DNA of 64,000 bases from a bacterium (GTDB lineage Bacteria; Electryoneota; Electryoneia; Electryoneales; Electryoneaceae): positions 1,312,001 through 1,376,000 of the forward strand of contig CAXXKJ010000002.1 of NCBI GenBank assembly GCA_963675295.2, given 5' to 3'. The notes beneath the pieces are model-generated. The model did no database searches. It was not told where the DNA came from and saw only the letters and a list, made by a program, of their open reading frames with translations. Within the stretch, counting starts at the first letter, position 1. Every line of letters begins with the position of its first letter. The position numbers and the translations under genes are program-made. This document shows positions 29,194-36,878 of this stretch, piece by piece.

Positions 29194-30579
29194 TCAACCC
29201 CCCGCATCGGGTTGCGGGCCGTCGTCCAGCATCCACCGCACGAGCTCATCCATCAGGTCACGGTACTGGGCTTGTCCCGCGAGGTTGGTCCATTCATGCG
29301 GGTCGCTGTCGTGATCGTACAGCTCTTCGCTGCCGTCAGCATAACGGATGTACCGCCATCGTCGTGTGCGAATGGCGTGGTTGCCAGCGTGATAGGTTGT
29401 CAGTGCGGGCTCGTCTCGCGGTAAATCCGGGTTGAGCAACCAGCTGGTCAGGTCCAGTCCTTCGAGATAAGGCGGGCAGGGCAGTCCGGTGAGACCGTTG
29501 ATGGTTGGGTACATGTCCAGCAGGCTGACCGCTTCCGTGCACACCGATCCCGGCGTCGTCACCCCCGGCGCGATCACAATCAAGGGCACGTGTGTCGACT
29601 CCTCCCACAGCGTGCTTTTCTTCCAGTGACTTTTCTCACCGAGGTGGAATCCGTGATCGCTGCAAAGCAGAAGGATCGTGTTGTCGTTAAAGATCTCGCT
29701 GTCGAGGGCAGTGAGCAGACGGCCCAGCATCGCGTCCGCGAAATACATCCCGCTGAGATAGGCGCTGACCGCTGCTCGGCGTTGCTGGTAGCGCTCGATT
29801 TTCTTGTCCTGTGCCGAATGGATCAGCGACCGGCCTGCGGATGGAATGTCGTCCAGATCGTCCGGGTTCATCGGTGGCAGGGTAACCTTCGCCGGATCAA
29901 ACTGTTCGTAGTAGTGCCGGGGAACGTACCACGGCAGATGCGCGCGGAAATAGTTGATCGCGAGGAAGTAGGGCTGGTCTGCCGGGTGTTTGCGAATCCT
30001 GTCAATCGCCCAGTCAGTGACCTGGTAGTCGTAGGTCTTTTCTTCACTGATGTCCAGTGGCTGAAAGTCCAGCAGATCACGGCTCGGACTCGGCAGGTTG
30101 GACGCCGGATTCCGCGGGTTGGTTGGATCGCCGCGGTGGGGGAATGCGTCATCCCACACGCTTGGGTATCCGCCGTGAAAAATCTTGCCGCCCTGGTACG
30201 TGCGGTACCCATTGGATCGCAGGTAACCGGGCAGGGTGGCCAGGCTGCAAATCCGGTCTTCCCACGGGTCGGTGTTGTCGTAGACGCCAGTCGTTGACGG
30301 TTTCAGTCCAGAGAGGAAGCTGGTTCGAGACGGAACGCAGATCGTTGCGGATACATGAGCGTTGCTGAACAGCTGGCCACGCTTGGCCAGGTTGTCAATG
30401 TGCGGGGTGCGTGCGTCCGGATGACCGCCGAGACAGCCGACCCAGTCGTTGACATCCTCGAGAATGATCAGGATGACGTTCGAGTCGGAGGACAGAGCCT
30501 GCGCGAGCGGAGCGTGCATCGCCGCCATCAGCCCGCCCATGGCGGTCGTGCTGCTGCGGATGAACTCTCGTCGTTTCAT
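29194..30579 (-). CDS. Tat-exported Cys-type sulfatase (iduronate/choline sulfatase-like)
   Basis: MKRREF twin-Arg, CVPSRTSFLSG, GKIFH, SDHGFHLGEK, ELYDHDSDPHE. Confidence 0.92.
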   Translation of the reverse strand: MKRREFIRSSTTAMGGLMAAMHAPLAQALSSDSNVILIILEDVNDWVGCLGGHPDARTPHIDNLAKRGQLFSNAHVSATICVPSRTSFLSGLKPSTTGVYDNTDPWEDRICSLATLPGYLRSNGYRTYQGGKIFHGGYPSVWDDAFPHRGDPTNPRNPASNLPSPSRDLLDFQPLDISEEKTYDYQVTDWAIDRIRKHPADQPYFLAINYFRAHLPWYVPRHYYEQFDPAKVTLPPMNPDDLDDIPSAGRSLIHSAQDKKIERYQQRRAAVSAYLSGMYFADAMLGRLLTALDSEIFNDNTILLLCSDHGFHLGEKSHWKKSTLWEESTHVPLIVIAPGVTTPGSVCTEAVSLLDMYPTINGLTGLPCPPYLEGLDLTSWLLNPDLPRDEPALTTYHAGNHAIRTRRWRYIRYADGSEELYDHDSDPHEWTNLAGQAQYRDLMDELVRWMLDDGPQPDAGG

Positions 30580-30695
30580 TCAACGCTCTCACGACAGAAA
30601 GAGACAGCGTGCCGTAGCGTTCGACGACACGGTCGATGGTCTGATTAAAGGTACAACATCGCGCACAGCACCAGCCGTTCAGGCTCCGGTGTGTA

Positions 30696-31583
30696 TCAGT
30701 AGATCCAGGCCTGCCGGACCGTCAAACGGTTCCCGTCCCGCCACGGAATCCAGCCGTACTCCGTCTCAGGACCGGGTTCGTCCCACCCCCTGAACACGCG
30801 GATCCAGTCACCATCCGCCTCAACGACCCGTGCCGGAGCGGTTTCGTCATCGTCCTCGAGTTCGAGTCCTTCCGCCTGGAGGTCAGGTTCGGCATAGGCC
30901 CACGGGTAGTCTTCCCAGCGCACGCTGAAGGATTTCCGCAGGTAGCCGGGCCAGTCGTAAAACGTGCCGCCGTGCCCATTCTTCACCCACAGCCGGTGGC
31001 CGCTGTACAGGTTGGATTCTACTTCAACCCAGTCCCCGGACTTGTCCAGCGCGGTGAGATGGAGCAGGCCGTAATCGGTCTTGGTAACCAGGCCCCGCAG
31101 CTCGCTGCCGTCCGGCAGTTCCAACGGCCAGTCGAGGTAGAGATTTACGCTGGCGAGCTGGGAATTGTCATTCGGTGCGGTGTACACGTACGTACTGTCG
31201 TCGCAGATGTACGCGCCGATGCCATACCAGTCTTCCCAGTCGAGTTCCGTCTCCCACGGATACACGACTTCGTTGCCGTTGAGCAGGCCCCAGGTGGTGT
31301 CGCCCGGGGTGACCTGCACGTAGAGATCCGCCGCCCGCAACCAGCTGGACAGCAGCATGCGGTAGCCGTCCCACGCCAGATTGTCCGGCAGCATTGGCGG
31401 CATGATCAACGTGTCGCCGTCATGCGTCGCGAGGCTGATCTCGCCATAGACGGACCGTTCAACGAAATTCACCGGCTTGATCGACTCGCCGGGAACGGGG
31501 TCCGTGATGTTGTCGTCAGTTTCCGAACAACCCATGCCTGTGAACGATAATCCCAGCACCAGCAGCCATGTGCCCGCCTTCAT
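30696..31583 (-). CDS. Hypothetical lipoprotein
   Basis: MKAGTWLLVLGLSFTGMGC lipobox-like; acidic mature part; C-terminal GWIPW. Confidence 0.65.
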   Translation of the reverse strand: MKAGTWLLVLGLSFTGMGCSETDDNITDPVPGESIKPVNFVERSVYGEISLATHDGDTLIMPPMLPDNLAWDGYRMLLSSWLRAADLYVQVTPGDTTWGLLNGNEVVYPWETELDWEDWYGIGAYICDDSTYVYTAPNDNSQLASVNLYLDWPLELPDGSELRGLVTKTDYGLLHLTALDKSGDWVEVESNLYSGHRLWVKNGHGGTFYDWPGYLRKSFSVRWEDYPWAYAEPDLQAEGLELEDDDETAPARVVEADGDWIRVFRGWDEPGPETEYGWIPWRDGNRLTVRQAWIY

Positions 31584-31779
31584 CTCATTATCCCTCGATT
31601 TCGTCTTCCACACTCAGCAAACCGTAACGTTATCAAGTACTTCTGCAATGTCACCTTGTGGCTGGCTGTGCGGTTCCCCACCGTCGCCCTGATCAGGTAC
31701 ACAACGGCAGCCAACGTCTTGAAAATTCAGGATCGTACATTGAGCCGGGCATTGCAAGTGCCCGGCCACGGAGTCACGT

Positions 31780-31814
31780 AAAAAACCGCCACGGATCAAG
31801 GTCCGTGGCGGTTG
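31780..31814 (-). terminator. Intrinsic terminator
   Basis: Minus strand ACCGCCACGGA-ccttga-TCCGTGGCGGTTTTTT. Confidence 0.8.
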
Positions 31815-31833
31815 AGCATCTGTATCAGGTTCA

Positions 31834-31994
31834 GGTTGTTCTTGTCTTTTCCTGTCTTTTGCTATCTGTTACTATCCGATCCTGTCTTTTCCTATCTGTT
31901 CCTATCTTTTCCTGTCTGTTACTTCTGTTGCATCTGTTACTTCTGTTGCATCTGTTGCTTCTTTTGCGTCTGTTGCTTCTTTTGCGTCCGTTGC
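31834..31994 (-). repeat. 3'-UTR tandem array: 9 nonamers then 7-8 decamers
   Basis: GYAAMRGAH x9 (31994-31914), then AGBAAMAGAY-like units (31913-31834). Confidence 0.95.
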
Positions 31995-33803
31995 TCACTT
32001 CAAGAGCGTCACTTTGCGCACCTGGTTGAACTGGCCGGGCACGGTCGCCTGCACGAAATACACTCCGCTGCTGAGGTCGCGGCCGTCCAGGGTCAAGGTG
32101 TGCTCGCCGGCGTTGGCGCGGCCGTTGAACAGCGTCGCGACCCGCTGGCCGTTCACGTTGTACACGTGCACCTGCAGCTCTGACCGTTGCGGCAGGTTCA
32201 GCTGCATGCTGGTCGTCGGGTTGAACGGGTTCGGATACGCTTCGCTCAGCGCGTAGCTGGCCGGCAGGCCGCCGCGACGGTCGCTGACAGACGCCGCAGA
32301 CGGATCAATCAATGTCCAGCCGAGATCATCCGGACCTGGCGCGATGCCGGTCTTGGTGAAGCTGAACATGTCCTCGGCGACAATCTGCTGATCCACGCTG
32401 AAGCGTGCCCAGTATTCGTAGGCACCGCCCGGCACATTGCCCGGCACATTCTGGGTTAATGTCGCGGTGGTGATGGTCTGGTTCGGCTGCAGGGTCAGGT
32501 TCGGGTAGTCGAGGATCGGGCCGTAGGTGTTGCCCAGCGGCGTGATCACCTCGGTCCACGCCGCCCCACTCAGCACCTGGTCGGTGTTGTTGGTCAGCAC
32601 GGCGCTGAACTGGAAGCTGCCGCCGCCCCACGGGATCACAATCGGATCGCCAACCGGCAGCAGTTCGACGGCTGCCAACGGCTCAACTGGAAGCGGAATT
32701 TCGACAGCGACGCAGTGCAGCTCGCCACCGAGCGGCGCGATCTGGTTGCAGTTGACGCCGACAACGTCCCAGTCTGGACCGAGCACTGACTCATAGACGG
32801 CAATTGCTTCGCTGTCAGTCGCGAGGCCGTAGATCGGGATGATCGCCTTGCCGTTGATCAGGATGCTGTTGGTGTAGGTCTTGTAATAGCCGCCGGAATA
32901 GTTTGGCATCGGGATGCGGACAATGTTGAACGTGCCGCCGTTGGCCGTCGGAACGTTGTCCATGTAGGCCGCGTGTGCTTCGACCAGGTCGTGGTTGACA
33001 TCGTTATCGTTGAAGTCGGCGACGATGATCGTGGAATCGTTGACCATCTTCGCCCAGATGTCGATGTGGCCGGTGCCGTCGTTGGCGATGCGTTGGAAAA
33101 TGTGCAGGTTGTCGATGCCGAAGTAGTCATGGTAGATCTGCTCTACGTCGTCAACATCGTAGCCGGGGTTGGCGTCGAGAACACGGGTCGACATCATCAT
33201 TGTGCCGTGCCCGTCGTTCATCATGTTGCCGCCCTCGTGGTACAGGTTCGGGCCGTAATAGCCATAGTCCCACTGATCGGCGAGCCATTCCGGGATGTAG
33301 TCGTCATGCGGACGGCTGTTGTAATACCGCAGATCGACAATCGACCACTCTCCCATGTCATCCACGAACCACGGGCCGAAATCCCGTACCCAGATGGCGT
33401 CTGTCGTGACGAACAGCCATTCGACATTGTCCAGCCCGACGCCGTAACTCGCCAGCGAGTTTGTGCACGAGTTCTGTTCGTTCGTGTTCGCGACGAGGAT
33501 GTAGACAATACCGGTATCCTGCGCATTGTCAACGATACCGGCGAAGATGTCGGGGAAGTAGAACGGCCAGCGGACAAGAATCCCTTCTTTCGGCTCGAAC
33601 TCGCCGTCCAGGTAGACCGGATTGTCCGGCGGCGGAGTCAGGGTGGCGATCTGCGGCGGACCCTGGTTCATCCGCTCCTGCTGTGTCATCCAGCGGGGGA
33701 GTGGTTCCTCACCACCGGGGAGGGTGTCTGCCTGCGCCAGTCCGGCGAAAGCGAATGCGGCAACCAGCAAGGCTGCGAGCAACATCAGTGGCAATCGGTT
33801 CAC
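31995..33803 (-). CDS. Secreted agmatine/peptidylarginine deiminase-family protein with Ig-like domain and T9SS-type CTD
   Basis: WVRDFGP, EGGNM, DGTGHID, YTNS, GGELHC catalytic motifs; YPNPFN...KVTLLK; GTG start after GAGGA. Confidence 0.9.
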   Translation of the reverse strand: MNRLPLMLLAALLVAAFAFAGLAQADTLPGGEEPLPRWMTQQERMNQGPPQIATLTPPPDNPVYLDGEFEPKEGILVRWPFYFPDIFAGIVDNAQDTGIVYILVANTNEQNSCTNSLASYGVGLDNVEWLFVTTDAIWVRDFGPWFVDDMGEWSIVDLRYYNSRPHDDYIPEWLADQWDYGYYGPNLYHEGGNMMNDGHGTMMMSTRVLDANPGYDVDDVEQIYHDYFGIDNLHIFQRIANDGTGHIDIWAKMVNDSTIIVADFNDNDVNHDLVEAHAAYMDNVPTANGGTFNIVRIPMPNYSGGYYKTYTNSILINGKAIIPIYGLATDSEAIAVYESVLGPDWDVVGVNCNQIAPLGGELHCVAVEIPLPVEPLAAVELLPVGDPIVIPWGGGSFQFSAVLTNNTDQVLSGAAWTEVITPLGNTYGPILDYPNLTLQPNQTITTATLTQNVPGNVPGGAYEYWARFSVDQQIVAEDMFSFTKTGIAPGPDDLGWTLIDPSAASVSDRRGGLPASYALSEAYPNPFNPTTSMQLNLPQRSELQVHVYNVNGQRVATLFNGRANAGEHTLTLDGRDLSSGVYFVQATVPGQFNQVRKVTLLK

Positions 33804-33917
33804 GGTATCCTCGTCGTTAAATCCGTCCAATGAGAAGTAGGTCGCTCAATGTAGCGGACGGGACAGGATAGAGCAACGAGAGTCCTCAAAACCTCGAAGG
33901 TTTTCCCGGATTGCAAA

Positions 33918-33947
33918 GAGGGTCACCAGCGAATGCCGGTGACCCTC
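33918..33947. terminator. Hairpin downstream of the OB-fold protein gene
   Basis: GAGGGTCACC..GC-gaat-GC..GGTGACCCTC. Confidence 0.6.
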
Positions 33948-34019
33948 TCAGATCTCAAATCTAGACTCTCAGCTCTGTCGTCCCGAGGAACGAGAGACTA
34001 GAGACGAGGGACTGTCGTC

Positions 34020-36605
34020 TTACTTCATCAACGTGACCTTCTGGATCTCGTTGAGCTGGCCCGGGACCTGCGCCTGGATGAAGTACAGGCCGCTGGAGAG
34101 GTGCTCAGCGTTGAAGACGTAGTTGTGCGAACCGGCGTTGACCTGGCCGTTAACCAGCGTCGCAACCTGCTGACCCGTGATGTTGTAAACCGTCACGGTC
34201 AGTTCCGCCGTTTCCGGCAGGTTGACGGCGAGGGTTGTGGTCGGGTTGAACGGGTTCGGGTACGCGGTTTCGACGCTGTACACGGTCGGCAGCTCGATGA
34301 CGGTTTCGCTGTCGCTGGCGATCAGTGCATCGATACCGACGAAGTCTTCCGGGTTCAGGATGCCGTCAACAGCACCCGTCTTGTAAAAGTTGAAACTGTC
34401 ACCGAACCAGTACGGTCCAGCACCCACTTCACCTGTAAACACGTACGTCCCCGCGGGGGCGTAGGGCGGAACGGTAACGCTCAGGTTGTTGAAACTGGCA
34501 TTCATGAACGGCTGCAGCGTGAATGGGATGTTATCCACTGCTACCGTATTGCCGTTCGGCAGTTCCACAGTAGACATGTACTGCACAGGGTACGATCCCG
34601 GCAGCTGGCTCGTCAGGTGTGCGTTGTAGACGACCGTACCACCCGTCGCGGGTACCGTGTCGGTGGTGACCGTCAGGTCGAGGGTCACCGGACCGCCTGG
34701 CACGTCTTCAATGTCCTCCTGCAGCGCGGGCATGAATTGCGGTACGCTGTTGTAGGAATCGACCACACCACGCACGACGATTTCATCGCCCTCGGCGTAT
34801 CCGGTCAAGTCAATGCCAGTATCGCCCCAGATACGGACCGTTGCTGGTCCGCTGCCGTCGTCAATTGTGAAGTTGAATGAAACACCCGGTGTCGGGGTGA
34901 ATCCGGGTTCAATCGTGCCGGTGATCGTTGACCACGTACCTTCGTACGGCAGTGCATTCTGCGTGAATCCATTCGTGGTCAGGTATTCATGCGGGGCGGG
35001 CAACGGATTGCCCGAACTCAGCAGCGTCCACGAGAAGTCAATCAGCTCGGTTGTGTCGTAGTATTGCAGGACCGCCGCCACAACTTCGATCTCATCCCCG
35101 CGCAGCAGGCCATCAACCGTCAACGGGTCCGGATCGTAGATATTGATCCCCCAGCCCGAATCATCCTGGATGTAGATATCCGCGAAACTGTTGTGTACTG
35201 TGTTGGCGGGAATCGTGACCACACCGGACACGCGTACCAGAATCATCGGGTCAATAAACGCATCAGGATCCTGCTGAATTTCGGCGATTGTCGCATCAAT
35301 AATTTCCGGCTCGGGTTCATACAGTTCGATGTCCACTCCCATCGCGGGCATCATCTGCGGCACGTTGTTGTATTGGTCAATGACACCGTGCACCACGATC
35401 TCGTCGCCGATTTCGTAGCCACTGAGATCGATGTTGGTGTCTTCCCAGATCCGGACCGTTGCATCGCCGGAGCCGTCATTGATGGTAAAGTTGTACGACC
35501 AGGATCCGGGATTTGGATCACTGGTGATAATCCCCTGCAGAACAGCCCACGTACCTTCGTAGTAGGTGGCGCTGGCGTGGAACGCTGCCGTATTCGAGAA
35601 GGTCATCGGATCGGGCAGCGGGTTGTCATCGCTGATATGTGTCGGTTGAAAATCGACCAGTTCGGTTGTGCCCAGGTAGTCCTGAACCGAGGCGACAATC
35701 TCAATGGCTCGTCCCCGGACAAACCCGTCACCGGCTGTTGTGTCCGGATCGTACAGGTTCACTCCGAAGCCGGAGTCATCCTGGATGTAGGCATCAGTGA
35801 AGGTTTCGTGCACGGTGTAGGCGGGGATGGTTATAATCCCGCTGACACGCACGCGCACGTCCGGATTCATGTAGACGCTGGTGTTTGTCTGGATCTCTTC
35901 CATGGTGGCGTCTACAATTGGAATGAAGTCCAGATCTTCCTGCAGCGCTGGCACCAGCCACACATGGTCGCCACCGTCCTTGATCACGCCGCTCACCGTG
36001 ATGATACCGCCGGCTTCGATCGCACTGAAGTCGAGGTTGGTGTCACCGTAGATGTGGATTCTCGCCTTGCTGCCGGACCCGTCCTCCAGTTCAAAGAAGA
36101 AGGTTTGGCCGGGCTGCGGATCGTAATCGGCCGTGATGATGCCTTTCAGCGTCGCCCATGATCCTTCCCACGGAAGCGCGGAATCATTGAAGTCCTCCAT
36201 GTCGTCGAATTCGATCGGGACGGGGAGCGGGTTGTCATAACTCAGGCCGGTCCAGGTGAAGTCTTCGAGCTCCGTAGTACCATAATACTCGTGCACATGG
36301 CCGACGACCTGGACTTCCGTGCCGCGTTCCAGTCCGGATGCCGCGCCAGGATCGGAATCGTACAGGCTGATCCCGTAACCGGTTCCGTCCTGGATGTAGA
36401 AATTGCAAAAGCCGGTCTGGATGGTGCCCGGTGGAACCGTCACGATACCGGTCACTCGGACGTAGAGCGAATCGTCCGACGTGTAGTAGGCTGTGTTGGT
36501 CTGGATCTGGGCGATGGTGGCGTCAACGATGATGATCTCAGCGTGCGATGTAAAACACGTGACAAATAGTGCAAGAAGCAGCACGAAACCCAACCTGCTA
36601 CGCAT
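34020..36605 (-). CDS. Secreted protein: three ~200-aa OB-fold-like repeat units + Ig-like domain + T9SS-type CTD
   Basis: Repeats start IVDATIAQIQ / IVDATMEEIQ / IIDATIAEIQ with V-x-GIVT, YIQD, DGSG; CTD ends KVTLMK. Confidence 0.8.
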   Translation of the reverse strand: MRSRLGFVLLLALFVTCFTSHAEIIIVDATIAQIQTNTAYYTSDDSLYVRVTGIVTVPPGTIQTGFCNFYIQDGTGYGISLYDSDPGAASGLERGTEVQVVGHVHEYYGTTELEDFTWTGLSYDNPLPVPIEFDDMEDFNDSALPWEGSWATLKGIITADYDPQPGQTFFFELEDGSGSKARIHIYGDTNLDFSAIEAGGIITVSGVIKDGGDHVWLVPALQEDLDFIPIVDATMEEIQTNTSVYMNPDVRVRVSGIITIPAYTVHETFTDAYIQDDSGFGVNLYDPDTTAGDGFVRGRAIEIVASVQDYLGTTELVDFQPTHISDDNPLPDPMTFSNTAAFHASATYYEGTWAVLQGIITSDPNPGSWSYNFTINDGSGDATVRIWEDTNIDLSGYEIGDEIVVHGVIDQYNNVPQMMPAMGVDIELYEPEPEIIDATIAEIQQDPDAFIDPMILVRVSGVVTIPANTVHNSFADIYIQDDSGWGINIYDPDPLTVDGLLRGDEIEVVAAVLQYYDTTELIDFSWTLLSSGNPLPAPHEYLTTNGFTQNALPYEGTWSTITGTIEPGFTPTPGVSFNFTIDDGSGPATVRIWGDTGIDLTGYAEGDEIVVRGVVDSYNSVPQFMPALQEDIEDVPGGPVTLDLTVTTDTVPATGGTVVYNAHLTSQLPGSYPVQYMSTVELPNGNTVAVDNIPFTLQPFMNASFNNLSVTVPPYAPAGTYVFTGEVGAGPYWFGDSFNFYKTGAVDGILNPEDFVGIDALIASDSETVIELPTVYSVETAYPNPFNPTTTLAVNLPETAELTVTVYNITGQQVATLVNGQVNAGSHNYVFNAEHLSSGLYFIQAQVPGQLNEIQKVTLMK

Positions 36606-36777
36606 GTTTTCCCCCGGTTATGCGAACTAGTTCGTCTGAAAAACCAATAATACAAAATGCATTCGCTGAAGTCAACTAAATTCACTCATTTTTTGTGGTT
36701 ATTACTGGAGGTATATCCGTTTCCAGAATCCAAACTATTGATATTGTTACAGGAACATCAGAAAGGTCACCCAACAT

Positions 36778-36808
36778 AAAAAGGCCATCCGCGTTAACGG
36801 ATGGCCTT
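36778..36808 (-). terminator. Intrinsic terminator
   Basis: AAGGCCATCCG...CGGATGGCCTT followed by a T-run on the minus strand. Confidence 0.75.
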
Positions 36809-36878
36809 GGCGTATTTCACATCTCGACTCTCAGCTCTGTCGTCCCGAGGGACGAGAGACTAGAGACGAGGGACTGTC

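Noticed and set aside
31834-31997. Stop read-through or selenocysteine at the TGA followed by in-frame nonamers
   Set aside because: In frame at this locus only; no SECIS-like stem; an extension would mask the terminal sorting signal
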